From positions 924-64,923 of the forward strand of contig CAYHUB010000002.1 of NCBI GenBank assembly GCA_964359755.1: 64,000 bases of DNA. The letters run 5' to 3'. Made by a program: the position numbers and the translations under genes. The notes beneath the pieces are model-generated. The model was not told the origin of the DNA, did no database searches, and worked only from the letters and a program-made list of their open reading frames with translations. Positions 8,702-18,027 of the stretch are shown piece by piece. Source of the stretch: an uncultured Candidatus Saccharibacteria bacterium. GTDB lineage: Bacteria > Patescibacteriota > Minisyncoccia > GWC2-36-17 > WO2-46-25. The stretch's first letter is position 1, and every line of letters starts with the position of its first letter.

Positions 8702-9988
8702 ATGAACAGTAAGCTTACCTATCATAAAACAACACTGGCAAACGGCGTGCGGGTGATCACGGTGCCGATGAAAAACACCTCGGCCGTTACTTCGATCGTG
8801 TTCGTAAAAACAGGATCACGCCATGAATATCGGAAAGAGAACGGCATTTCGCATGTGCTTGAGCACATGCTTTTTCAAGGCACAAAAAAGCGCCCGGATA
8901 AGATCACGCTGAAAAGAGAACTTGATCGGATCGGCGCACAAAGTAATGCCTATACGTCGCAAGACCACACCGCATATTACGTGAAGGCGGATGCGAAGCA
9001 TCTTGATCTGAGCTTAGATATTCTTTCGGATATGTATTTACATCCGCTGTTTAAAAAAGAAGCGCTTGAAAAAGAACGGCGCGTGGTGGCGGAAGAGATC
9101 CATATGGTTAAAGACACGCCGCAAAGGCAGGTATGGGATAATTTTTATCAGTTGCTGTATCCTGATAATTCACTCGGGTGGTCCATCGCGGGACCAGCAA
9201 AAACCGTGCTGTCGCTCACAAACAAAGACCTTTTTTCATATCTTGCGCGAGGATATGTCGCAAAAAACACAGTCATTGTTGTTGCGGGAAACACGAATGA
9301 GCGGCAAGTAATTACAAAAGTAAAAAAATATTTCCGCGGTATGCAAAAAGGCAGGTTATCTGCGTATGCGCCGGTCAGCGATAAACAAAAGGAGGCGAGA
9401 GTCCACAGTGAATACAAAAAGATAGGTCAGGCGCATTTAGTCGTTGGTGTGCCCGGATATTCCGCACTTGATAAACGGCGGTACGCACTTGATGTGCTGT
9501 CGGCGATTTTGGGCGGGTATTCCAGTTCGCGGCTTGTGGTGTCCGTGCGGGACGACCTTGGACTTGCGTATTATGTCGGAGCGGACGTGAATTATCATGA
9601 AGATACGGGCTCATTTTCCGCATATGCGGGAATCAATTTGCGCAATATAGACCTTGGCATTACAGCGATCATGAAAGAATTTCAAAAGGCGGCAACGCGT
9701 CCTATTACAAAAAAAGAGATCGATGATGCAAAAAGCCACATTGAAGGAGCGTTCAGTTTGCGGCTTGAAGCATCGGATAGCGTTGCGGTTGGCGCGGGAT
9801 GGTCTGAGCTGATGACCGGGAGAATAGAAACGCCGGATGAATATGTGAAAAACATCAAGAAAGTAAGCGCTGAGGATCTGCAGGCGGTGGCAAAAGACAT
9901 TTTCAAAACCGAAAAACTTAATTTTGCGATCATCGGGCCGTTTCAAAAAAAAGATGCAAAGCGTTTTCAATCATTACTTCATATATAA
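8702..9988 (+). CDS. M16 family zinc peptidase (pitrilysin/insulinase-like)
   Basis: Inverted zinc-binding motif HVLEHMLFQGT (HxxEH) near the N-terminus. 428 aa. Confidence 0.8.
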   Translation: MNSKLTYHKTTLANGVRVITVPMKNTSAVTSIVFVKTGSRHEYRKENGISHVLEHMLFQGTKKRPDKITLKRELDRIGAQSNAYTSQDHTAYYVKADAKHLDLSLDILSDMYLHPLFKKEALEKERRVVAEEIHMVKDTPQRQVWDNFYQLLYPDNSLGWSIAGPAKTVLSLTNKDLFSYLARGYVAKNTVIVVAGNTNERQVITKVKKYFRGMQKGRLSAYAPVSDKQKEARVHSEYKKIGQAHLVVGVPGYSALDKRRYALDVLSAILGGYSSSRLVVSVRDDLGLAYYVGADVNYHEDTGSFSAYAGINLRNIDLGITAIMKEFQKAATRPITKKEIDDAKSHIEGAFSLRLEASDSVAVGAGWSELMTGRIETPDEYVKNIKKVSAEDLQAVAKDIFKTEKLNFAIIGPFQKKDAKRFQSLLHI

Positions 9989-9999
9989 AAAGAAAATAC

Positions 10000-11379
10000 A
10001 TGAATAACCAATATCCAAAACTTACGTTTTGCGGAGGCGCGGGCGGCGTAACGGGCGCATGTTATTTACTCGAAACAGAGCATACGAAAATACTCGTTGA
10101 TTGCGGCATGTTTCAGGGATCGCGTTTTGCCGAAATACTCAACAGCGATCCGTTTCCGTTTGATCCCAAAGAGATCGCTGCCGCGCTCATCACGCATGCG
10201 CATATCGATCACACCGGGCGTTTGCCCAAGTTGTGCAAGGACGGATTTCACGGGAATATTTTTGCAACGATGCCGACGCTTGATTTTGCGAAGGCGCTTT
10301 TGATCGATTCAGAACATGTGATCGCCATGGAAGCAAAACATGAGGGGCAAGAGCCGTTCTATACCGCAAAGGATGTCGAGCTCGTGTTTACGCTTACCAA
10401 GCCCGTTGAATACGGAATGATGGTGCGCGTCACCGAAGATGTGGCGTGTAAATTTTACGACGCAGGGCATATTTTAGGGTCCTCCATCATCGAGATCTTT
10501 GTTACGACGGGGGATAAAAAAATAAAGATCGTATTTACCGGAGATCTTGGTAATTCGCCCGGACCGCTGTTGCGGGACACGCATAAAGAAACCGATGCGG
10601 ATTATGTGGTGATCGAGTCGGCATACGGAGATAGATTGCACGAGCAGGAAGGAGAAAGAAAAGATTCTCTGGAAGATGTCATCGAGGAGACGATCGCCGC
10701 GGGTGGCGTGCTTATGATCCCGGCGTTTGCCACCGAGCGCACGCAAGAGTTGTTGTATGAATTCAATGATCTGGTGGAGAACGGCCGCATCCCTAAAGTT
10801 CCGGTATTCATTGATTCTCCTCTCGCGATCAGGATCACGGAAGTGTATAAACGCTATTCGTCGTTTTACGACGAGGAAGCCCTGCGTTTGCTGAAGTCGG
10901 GCGACGAGATATTCAGCTTTCCCGGATTGAAATTTACGCCGACGGTGGAAGATTCCAAACACATCAACAGCGTGCCCTCGCCCAAGATCATTCTTGCGGG
11001 CTCGGGCATGTCGCACGGCGGGAGGATCGTATATCACGAAAAATTATATTTACCCGACCCGAAAAGCACCCTGCTCATTATCGGGTATCAGATCAAAGGA
11101 TCGCTCGGACGGCGCCTGCTTGATGGGGAGAAAATGGTGAGGATCCACGGGAGCGATGTGACGGTCCGCGCAAAGATCAAGCAGATCTCGGGGTATTCGG
11201 CGCACGCCGACCAGCAAGGACTGTATCGGTGGGTGGAGCCGATGCGGCTGTCGATCAAGAAATTATTTGTCGTACAAGGAGAAGAGAGCGCGTCAGAGAT
11301 ATTTTCACAGATCATAAAAGACCGGCTCGCGATAGACGCGGTGGTGCCGAAGGTCGGCGACTCCTTTGTTTTGGAATAA
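10000..11379 (+). CDS. MBL-fold beta-CASP ribonuclease (RNase J / CPSF-like)
   Basis: HAHIDHTGRLP metallo-beta-lactamase motif, followed by beta-CASP-type motifs (D..G.S; H..D) later in the protein. 459 aa. Confidence 0.6.
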   Translation: MNNQYPKLTFCGGAGGVTGACYLLETEHTKILVDCGMFQGSRFAEILNSDPFPFDPKEIAAALITHAHIDHTGRLPKLCKDGFHGNIFATMPTLDFAKALLIDSEHVIAMEAKHEGQEPFYTAKDVELVFTLTKPVEYGMMVRVTEDVACKFYDAGHILGSSIIEIFVTTGDKKIKIVFTGDLGNSPGPLLRDTHKETDADYVVIESAYGDRLHEQEGERKDSLEDVIEETIAAGGVLMIPAFATERTQELLYEFNDLVENGRIPKVPVFIDSPLAIRITEVYKRYSSFYDEEALRLLKSGDEIFSFPGLKFTPTVEDSKHINSVPSPKIILAGSGMSHGGRIVYHEKLYLPDPKSTLLIIGYQIKGSLGRRLLDGEKMVRIHGSDVTVRAKIKQISGYSAHADQQGLYRWVEPMRLSIKKLFVVQGEESASEIFSQIIKDRLAIDAVVPKVGDSFVLE

Positions 11380-11423
11380 GGCAAGGCGCGTGGTATTATT
11401 GCATTAGTTTATAAGAATCATCT

Positions 11424-12008
11424 ATGGCTACATCACCGAAATATAAGATATGCGTGTCGGGCGCCGCGGAATCAACCCATTGCGGAGCAAGCGTACTTGC
11501 GCTTGCAGAAGAGATCGGGAGGGAGATCGTGCGGCAAGGCGCGGTGCTGGTGACTGGCGCGACATCGGGCGTGCCGTATTGGGCGGCAAAAGGAGCAAAG
11601 GCGGAGGGAGGGATATCGATCGGCGTATCGCCGGCGGCTTCCGAGCTCGCGCATGTGAAGGCATATAAATTGCCGATCGATTACTTCGACCTTATTATTT
11701 ATACGGGGTTTGATTATTCAGGAAGAAACCTGCTTTTGACGCGCGCGGCGGACGCGGTGATCACCATTTGCGGGCGCATGGGCACGTTAAATGAATTTAC
11801 GATCGCGTTTGAAGACCGCAAGCCGCAGGGGGTGCTTATCGGCACCGGAGGCACCGCGGATTATTTAAAGAGCATCATTGAAAAAATGCATCGCGGTCCC
11901 GGGAAAGTGGTATATCATAAGGATCCCAAGAGGCTTATCGCGGAAGTGATCAAGCTCATCAATAAGGACCAAAAAATGAAAACAGAGCCGTCAAAACGGA
12001 GAAGCTAA
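11424..12008 (+). CDS. LOG/TIGR00725-family Rossmann-fold nucleotide-binding protein
   Basis: ICGRMGTLNEFT resembles the LOG-family GGxGTxxE motif. 194 aa. Confidence 0.45.
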   Translation: MATSPKYKICVSGAAESTHCGASVLALAEEIGREIVRQGAVLVTGATSGVPYWAAKGAKAEGGISIGVSPAASELAHVKAYKLPIDYFDLIIYTGFDYSGRNLLLTRAADAVITICGRMGTLNEFTIAFEDRKPQGVLIGTGGTADYLKSIIEKMHRGPGKVVYHKDPKRLIAEVIKLINKDQKMKTEPSKRRS

Positions 12009-12029
12009 TAGTAAGTATTTAAAAGAACC

Positions 12030-12482
12030 ATGATCGATCCCCATCAAGTTTCCATGATTATCTCGCTTATTGTCGCAACGACGCTCGGGTTTGTTGTCGG
12101 CGTCGAGCGTGAGTTTGTGGGGAAAGAAGCGGGAATCAAAACATACGCGCTCGTTGCGCTTGGCGCCGCATTGTTCACGGTCATTTCATTCGATCCGAAC
12201 TTTCCTGATCCTTCCCGCATTATTTCTCAGATCGTTGTCGGTATCGGGTTTATCGGTGCCGGGATCATTATTTTTCATCAAAACAAGGTGCACGGACTCA
12301 CGACAGCCGCGGCGCTGTGGACGATGGCGGGGGTGGGGGTTGCAACCGGTATGCGATATTATACGCTTGCGGTTGCAAGTACGGGCATCATACTTTTTGT
12401 TCTTTTTGCGCTTCGGAAGCTTAAAATTGAAGAAAGGATTCATAAATTTGTCGGCATAGACGAAGAGGAGAGGGATCGGTAA
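12030..12482 (+). CDS. MgtC/SapB family membrane protein
   Basis: TTLGFVVGVEREFVGKEAGIKTYALVALGAALFT matches the MgtC signature. 150 aa with 4-5 TM segments. Confidence 0.75.
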   Translation: MIDPHQVSMIISLIVATTLGFVVGVEREFVGKEAGIKTYALVALGAALFTVISFDPNFPDPSRIISQIVVGIGFIGAGIIIFHQNKVHGLTTAAALWTMAGVGVATGMRYYTLAVASTGIILFVLFALRKLKIEERIHKFVGIDEEERDR

Positions 12483-12502
12483 TCCTAAGAGAGCGAAACC
12501 AT

Positions 12503-13654
12503 ATGAAAAGAATCATATTCGGGAATGAGCGATACGGCGTTGCAACGCTCGTGGGAACGATTGTTGGCGTGGGCATTTTCGGGCTGCCGTATGCGGCATC
12601 GCGTGCTGGGTTTTTTACCCAGCTTTTTTATTTAGGCGTATTTGCGGGAGTGTTCGTGCTGCTGCATCTCATGTTCGGTGAGATCATGCTGCGCACCGCG
12701 GAGCGCCATCGTCTTGCAGGGTATGTGGGAGTGTATTTCGGGGAAGCGGCAAAAAAATTCATTGAACTTATTACGATCGCAGGCACGCTCGGAGGCATGC
12801 TTGCGTATCTGCTGGTCGGAGGACTGTTTTTAAAAACATTGACGGGAGGCATCTTTGGCACCATTGAGCAGTATTATATTATTCTGTGGGCGCTTCTCAG
12901 CTTTGTTTTGTTTTCAGGGCTGAAGATGGTGGAGAGAACGGAGGCCATCATGTTGTTTTTTATGGTTGCGATTATTACGCTTTTATTTGCGGTAAGCATT
13001 CCGCTTGTTGATGCCGGCAACTTCTCCTTTTCTATTCCGGAAAATTTCTTTTTCCCGTACGGCGTAACGCTGTTTGCACTCTCAGGAACCGCGGCAATTC
13101 CTTTGGTGCGGGATGTGCTTAAGAACGAAGAGCATAGGATCAAAAAAACAATTATTCTGGGAACGCTGATACCCGCGCTTTTGTATGCTCTTTTTGTTTT
13201 TTCCGTGGTCGGCGTGACAGGAGCGGGAACTTCCGAGGATGCGCTTACAGGTCTGAATGGAGCATTAGGAAGATCTGCGGTGTTCGTTGGAGCGCTGTTT
13301 GGCTTGTTGGTCATCTCGACATCATACATTGTGTTCGGTCTTTATTTGAAAGATACGTTATGGTATGATTTTAACGTGCATCGTAAGACCGCGTTGTGGT
13401 TTATTCTTACGGCGCCGCTTGTGCTTGTGTTATTTCAGTCGGCGAGCTTTATTGCGCTTATCAGCTTTCTTGGCGCTATTTTTGGGGGTACGGAGGCGAT
13501 CTTTATTATTCTCGCATTTCAAAGAGCGCGAAAGCACGGCACTCGGACGCCGGAATATCAGCTGAAGGTCCCTTCCGTGATCTTATATGTTCTTATGGCG
13601 CTTTTTATGTTCGGTATCGTGTATACATTATTTGATGGAAAATTAAATTTATGA
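12503..13654 (+). CDS. Amino-acid permease-like polytopic membrane transporter
   Basis: 383 aa with about 11-12 hydrophobic helices. The N-terminus IVGVGIFGLPYAASRAGF is typical of the aromatic/hydroxy amino-acid permease family. Confidence 0.5.
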   Translation: MKRIIFGNERYGVATLVGTIVGVGIFGLPYAASRAGFFTQLFYLGVFAGVFVLLHLMFGEIMLRTAERHRLAGYVGVYFGEAAKKFIELITIAGTLGGMLAYLLVGGLFLKTLTGGIFGTIEQYYIILWALLSFVLFSGLKMVERTEAIMLFFMVAIITLLFAVSIPLVDAGNFSFSIPENFFFPYGVTLFALSGTAAIPLVRDVLKNEEHRIKKTIILGTLIPALLYALFVFSVVGVTGAGTSEDALTGLNGALGRSAVFVGALFGLLVISTSYIVFGLYLKDTLWYDFNVHRKTALWFILTAPLVLVLFQSASFIALISFLGAIFGGTEAIFIILAFQRARKHGTRTPEYQLKVPSVILYVLMALFMFGIVYTLFDGKLNL

Positions 13655-14481
13655 GCGAAGGAAAAAAAATAAAAGTCGTGTTGGTGGAAGACGAAGAAGT
13701 ATTGCTTGATGTTCTTGAAAGCAAGCTTAAAAAAGAGGGATATGAGGTGTTTAGCGCGAAGGACGGGCAAGCAGGACTCGATCTGATACGGGCGATACTG
13801 CCCGACCTCGTGCTGCTTGATATCATTATGCCGCGGATGGACGGGTTAGAAGTGCTGACAAACATGCATAATGACGCGGTTCTTTCGAGCATCCCCGTGA
13901 TCATTATTTCCAACTCAGGGCAGGCGGTGGAAATAGAAAAAGCGGCTGCGCTTGGCGCGAAAGATTATTTAGTGAAGGCGGAATTTGATCCGCAGGAGGT
14001 GCTTGATAAAATGAGCGCGTTGTTGAAAACAATGGGGAAAGAGACGGACGCCGCTATGGTAAGCGCAGCTCCGGAGAAAAAAGAAGCCGTAGCGGTGAAC
14101 CCCGCTGATTTTCGCGTACTTCTTGTTGAGGACGACAGCTTCTTACGCGATCTTATTTCACAAAAGATGAAAAAAGAAGGATTTGTCGTGATCGAAGCGG
14201 TTGACGGAGAGGAGAGTTTGAAAAAAGCGGCAACAGAAAACCCGCACATCATTCTTCTCGATCTCATTCTTCCAGGTGCGGACGGTTTTGATATACTCAA
14301 AAAATTAAAAGAAGATCCCTCTGTCAGCAAGGTGCCGGTCATTGTGCTCTCCAATTTAGGACAAAAAGAAGATGTCGAAAAAGGGATCCGCTTGGGGGCG
14401 ACCGACTATTTGGTGAAGGCGCATAACACGCCGGGGGAGATCATTGATAAGGTAAGGGAAATACTCGCAAAGAACTATTAG
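13651..14481 (+). CDS. Tandem receiver-domain (REC-REC) response regulator without output domain
   Basis: Two CheY-like modules: KVVLVEDEE...LLDIIMPRMDG and RVLLVEDDS...LLDLILPGADG, each with the conserved phospho-acceptor Asp and a Lys. Confidence 0.75.
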   Translation: MSEGKKIKVVLVEDEEVLLDVLESKLKKEGYEVFSAKDGQAGLDLIRAILPDLVLLDIIMPRMDGLEVLTNMHNDAVLSSIPVIIISNSGQAVEIEKAAALGAKDYLVKAEFDPQEVLDKMSALLKTMGKETDAAMVSAAPEKKEAVAVNPADFRVLLVEDDSFLRDLISQKMKKEGFVVIEAVDGEESLKKAATENPHIILLDLILPGADGFDILKKLKEDPSVSKVPVIVLSNLGQKEDVEKGIRLGATDYLVKAHNTPGEIIDKVREILAKNY

Positions 14482-14543
14482 CATGTAGGGGCGCATCCCG
14501 CACTCGTGGTGCCTCTCTGTTTTTTTACCCGTATAGCTACATA

Positions 14544-15584
14544 ATGAAATATATTCGCTATGGATCGGTATTTTTAGCGCTCGCATTCATATTTTTAGCG
14601 GGCGTTTTATGGTATGGCGGTACGTTTAGCAAGACGGTTTCGGTAAAAAACAGCACAACAACGACTCCCAGAGAAACTCAAGAAAATAAGGATAGCGATA
14701 AACGCCTTGCGCATAATCCGCTTACCGGCACGATGTGCGAAGAGGGCGACGCGCGTCCGTTTGCGGTGATGCTGGCGGCAGATAACGTTGCGCGCCCGCT
14801 CTACGGCATCGCGCAGGCGGATATCGTAGTGGAGATGCCGGCGCTTACCAGCGGCATTACCCGTTATATGGGAATATTCGCATGCGAGCATGCAGAGGAA
14901 ATCGGGTCCATACGATCCGCGCGGCACGACTTCCTTCCTTTCGCAAAAAGCTTCGATGCGATCTATGCGCATTGGGGCGGTTCATACCTTGCTCTTGATG
15001 CTCTGAAAACGAAAGAACTTGATACTATTGACGCATTGCCAAACCCGTACGACGCGTTTTATCGGAGAAACGACAGGCTTGCTCCGCATAACGGGTTTAC
15101 GTCGTTTGCCCGGCTGAAAGAAGCGGCGCAAAAACTCGGCTATCGCACGGAGGGAAAAGCCACGGGATATCCGCGCATCGGTGATGAGGCGGTTTTAAGC
15201 ACGAATCAAAACATTTCAATCGGATACCCGTTTCCGTATAACGTGGATTTTTCCTATGCGTACACGACAAATTCATATGTCCGGTCGCGCGGAGGAGAAA
15301 AAGAAATAGATGCGGCGACACAGACGCAGGTAGAAGTTAAAAACATTATCATTATGCGATCGGCATCGCGTCAAATCAGCCCTGATTATAACGACGTGGA
15401 TGTGGAAAATGGAGGAGACACGATAGTGTATCGCAACGGAGAAATGAAAAAAGGGACATGGAAAAAAGAAGGCGAGCGATATGTTTTCTCTGGCGAGAGC
15501 GGGCAGATGCTTGGGCTGGTAGCGGGGAAAACATGGATATCCATTGTACAGCCCGATCAGAAAGTGGAATTTACTCTCAAATAA
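14544..15584 (+). CDS. DUF3048-family (YerB-like) secreted/lipoprotein
   Basis: N-terminal hydrophobic anchor, then NPLTG...RPFAVM...ARP..GIAQADIVVEM...GITRYM, which matches the DUF3048 consensus as I recall it. Confidence 0.45.
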   Translation: MKYIRYGSVFLALAFIFLAGVLWYGGTFSKTVSVKNSTTTTPRETQENKDSDKRLAHNPLTGTMCEEGDARPFAVMLAADNVARPLYGIAQADIVVEMPALTSGITRYMGIFACEHAEEIGSIRSARHDFLPFAKSFDAIYAHWGGSYLALDALKTKELDTIDALPNPYDAFYRRNDRLAPHNGFTSFARLKEAAQKLGYRTEGKATGYPRIGDEAVLSTNQNISIGYPFPYNVDFSYAYTTNSYVRSRGGEKEIDAATQTQVEVKNIIIMRSASRQISPDYNDVDVENGGDTIVYRNGEMKKGTWKKEGERYVFSGESGQMLGLVAGKTWISIVQPDQKVEFTLK

Positions 15585-15587
15585 CGC

Positions 15588-16529
15588 ATGATCATCATTC
15601 TTCACGGTATTAATACTTTTTTAACGAAGCGAAAGCGCGATGAAATTATAGCGAGCTATCGCGCAAAGCATCCGCAGGGTTTAAGCTTTTTTGAATTCGA
15701 CGAGGAAAGCAAAACGCGGGATATACAAACGGCACTTGAAACCGCATCATTGTTTGAGGAAAAAAAATTGGTGGTGTGCAGAAATATGCTTTTGAGCGTT
15801 GCAGATGACGATGGGTTTTTTGCATGGATGGGAGAGAAGACAATAAAAGAAGATAGTACGACCGTGGTGGTGTTTTCCGAGGACCGCGTGCTTGCGGAAA
15901 CAAAAAACAAAAACATCGCATGGCTTTTGGAAAAACCGGCAGTGATGCAAAAGGCAGAAAGCATAAGCGCATCGCGCCTGCCCGCATGGATAGAACAGGA
16001 GGCGATGCGGCATCACGCGGTAATCGAGCATGACGCGGCGGCGCATCTTATTGATGTATGCGGCGATGACCTTTGGCGACTTTCGAACGAGATAGAAAAA
16101 TGCGCTTCATATGATAAAAAAATAACGAAAACGCACGCGCAGCTTCTGGTGCCCATGACTATGGAAGGCCGCATCTTTGATGCGCTCGGGGCGCTCGCGG
16201 AAGGAAATATAAAAAAAGCGGCAACGAACTTTTTTACGTTGTTGAAAGACGGGGAAGATTGGGCGAAGATGTTCGGCGCGGTAGCGTTTCATTTTCGCGG
16301 CATGGTTCGGGTACGGAGTTTGCTTGATCTGGGGTTTGAGAAAGAACAGATGCGCAAAGAGCTGGGCATGCATCCGTTCGCCGTGCAAAAAACCATGGGC
16401 TATGTCCGAGGCGTGAATAGAGATGCTCTTACGAAGACCTATCAGATGATCGCGCGCGCAGACGTGGCTCTCAAAACAGGGAAGATGACCGCCGAGGAAT
16501 TTTTTGAGCGTCTTTTATTGGGTGTATAG
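15588..16529 (+). CDS. holA: DNA polymerase III delta subunit
   Basis: 313 aa. N-terminus MIIILHGINTFL... and overall length fit HolA. Confidence 0.5.
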   Translation: MIIILHGINTFLTKRKRDEIIASYRAKHPQGLSFFEFDEESKTRDIQTALETASLFEEKKLVVCRNMLLSVADDDGFFAWMGEKTIKEDSTTVVVFSEDRVLAETKNKNIAWLLEKPAVMQKAESISASRLPAWIEQEAMRHHAVIEHDAAAHLIDVCGDDLWRLSNEIEKCASYDKKITKTHAQLLVPMTMEGRIFDALGALAEGNIKKAATNFFTLLKDGEDWAKMFGAVAFHFRGMVRVRSLLDLGFEKEQMRKELGMHPFAVQKTMGYVRGVNRDALTKTYQMIARADVALKTGKMTAEEFFERLLLGV

Positions 16530-16545
16530 CAAAAGATAGTGATAA

Positions 16546-16572
16546 AAAGAAAAAGATGGGACCAAAAGTTCC
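16546..16572. terminator. Bidirectional hairpin between holA and rpsT
   Basis: agatgggaccaaaagttccatct stem-loop flanked by A- and T-tracts, lying between the convergent genes. Confidence 0.5.
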
Positions 16573-16603
16573 ATCTTTTTCTTTATGGGTTTGCTGTGTA
16601 AAA

Positions 16604-16876
16604 TTACTTTTGAGAAGACGCTTTATGAAGCGCTATGGTAAGGCGCGATTTCTTTCGTGCACCGGTATTTTTTTTGATAACGTTGTTTTTTACCGCTTTG
16701 TCGATTGCCTGATAGAGGCGGGGGAGCAGCGCTTTTGCCTCATCGGACTTCTTTTTTTGCGCGAGCGAGCGGATCTCTTTTGCGACCACCCTCATCTTAT
16801 CGAGCGAACGGATGTTTGCGATTCTTTTTTTCTTGCTCTGGCGCAACGCTTTCTTTACTGATGATGTAATTGGCAT
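16604..16876 (-). CDS. rpsT: 30S ribosomal protein S20
   Basis: 90 aa, basic. MPITSSVKKALRQSKKKRIANIRS... is typical of S20. Confidence 0.85.
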   Translation of the reverse strand: MPITSSVKKALRQSKKKRIANIRSLDKMRVVAKEIRSLAQKKKSDEAKALLPRLYQAIDKAVKNNVIKKNTGARKKSRLTIALHKASSQK

Positions 16877-16974
16877 AGATATAATAAAAAATAATACTGC
16901 TATTTGAATGAGGATACTTTACTCCACCTGCGTTAAAAAAGCAACCCCCGCGCCCATGTATGCGAGGAGAAATA

Positions 16975-17005
16975 AAAAAGCCGGATACAATTTCTGTATC
17001 CGACT
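16975..17005 (-). terminator. Rho-independent terminator of the 17055-17846 gene
   Basis: On the minus strand, ccggatacagaaattgtatccgg hairpin followed by CTTTTTTATTT. Confidence 0.6.
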
Positions 17006-17054
17006 CGTAACCTTGGCAAAGGGGGATGTGTGTGAAACAAGTTAGATGCGCCGT

Positions 17055-17846
17055 TTAGGCGGCGTGAGCGTGAACCGGCTCCTGAGTGAGGCCAAACGGC
17101 GTCGTGATGACGGCAGTTTTAGCCCACTGCACAAAAGAAAGAATCCTGGTCTTACCGCTTTGGATCATTGTCTCAGCGGCCGTCTTGGTCAGAAGACTGT
17201 AAGCGCGGACGATCTTGTCCTCAGTAACGACATTCGTCACGTTGTTCTGGACTCTATCCATGAAAAGGACGTTTTTGGCGAACGAGCCGATTTCCGTGGT
17301 CTTGTCCCACTGGTTGGCGAAGATGTTCGCCAGCGTCGTTTTCTGCACGGTCTTTCCAAGAGAAAATGCCACTTCGTTTCTGCTTATCACTCTAAGGTTC
17401 GCTATCCCGCTTGGAACAGTGAGCCCAGGAGAGAAGTGCTTCTCTTTTCCCATGGTTTCGGTCAGCGCCGCATACCCGGAGAAAATCGCGCCGTTCATGT
17501 TTCCCGCGGTATCCGCGAGTTTGGTCAGAGCGGCGAGAATCTTTTCGTTCGGCATGGTTCCGAAGTAGGATACAAACAGCTTGCCGTTGGGCAACTTGTT
17601 GACATACCTAATGACGGTGTCTATTTTCAAGACATTTGCCTCAGGAAGGGAGCACATTGCCTGCGAGAGAATCGAAAGGTTTCTTACGGATACAACCTGT
17701 ACGGTGTCCGTATCCCTTTTTGCGATAATCATCGCCGCGGCGTTCTTGATGTCCTGCGGTCCCATGGCGGCAATCGCTGCCGGCGTCATCTGTGCCACTG
17801 TGTAATTGCCCGCCTTCTCAATCTTTTCACCGATGCTTTTGTGCAT
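17055..17846 (-). CDS. Hypothetical protein (263 aa, no recognisable domain)
   Basis: Strong SD AAGGAGAGAA 5 nt upstream of ATG, normal amino-acid composition, own terminator. The overlapping plus ORF 17046-17999 is Arg/Cys-rich and rejected. Confidence 0.6.
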   Translation of the reverse strand: MHKSIGEKIEKAGNYTVAQMTPAAIAAMGPQDIKNAAAMIIAKRDTDTVQVVSVRNLSILSQAMCSLPEANVLKIDTVIRYVNKLPNGKLFVSYFGTMPNEKILAALTKLADTAGNMNGAIFSGYAALTETMGKEKHFSPGLTVPSGIANLRVISRNEVAFSLGKTVQKTTLANIFANQWDKTTEIGSFAKNVLFMDRVQNNVTNVVTEDKIVRAYSLLTKTAAETMIQSGKTRILSFVQWAKTAVITTPFGLTQEPVHAHAA

Positions 17847-17954
17847 TGTTTCTCTCCTTTTTTAAGGTTATTGGTTTTCCCCTTTGCCAAGAGATTACCC
17901 TTTGTAAAGAACTCATGTTGTTTGAAACAACAAGATCACAGTATGTATGAATGT

Positions 17955-18000
17955 ATGAATCTTGTCAAGTTTCCCAAGACCGTGCTCTTTCTGATATAAT
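17955..18000 (+). promoter_or_regulatory. Candidate pyrG promoter with extended -10 (TGaTATAAT)
   Basis: ctgatataat at 17991-18000, about 28 nt upstream of the pyrG ATG. A TTGTCA-like -35 sits too far upstream, so this relies on the extended -10. Confidence 0.4.
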
Positions 18001-18027
18001 CCAAAGCGAGATTATTTACCTTTTGAC

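Noticed and set aside
16877-17054. tRNA or other canonical RNA genes in larger intergenic gaps (16877-17054, 24822-24994, 41710-41799, 62888-63159)
   Set aside because: By eye I found no cloverleaf-compatible sequence, no GTTCGAATC-type T-loop and no CCA-proximal acceptor pairing. I cannot exclude small RNAs without a tool.
17046-17999. 317-aa plus-strand ORF opposite the hypothetical 263-aa gene
   Set aside because: Arg/Cys/His-rich with no SD. The minus-strand frame has a strong SD, a terminator and normal composition.
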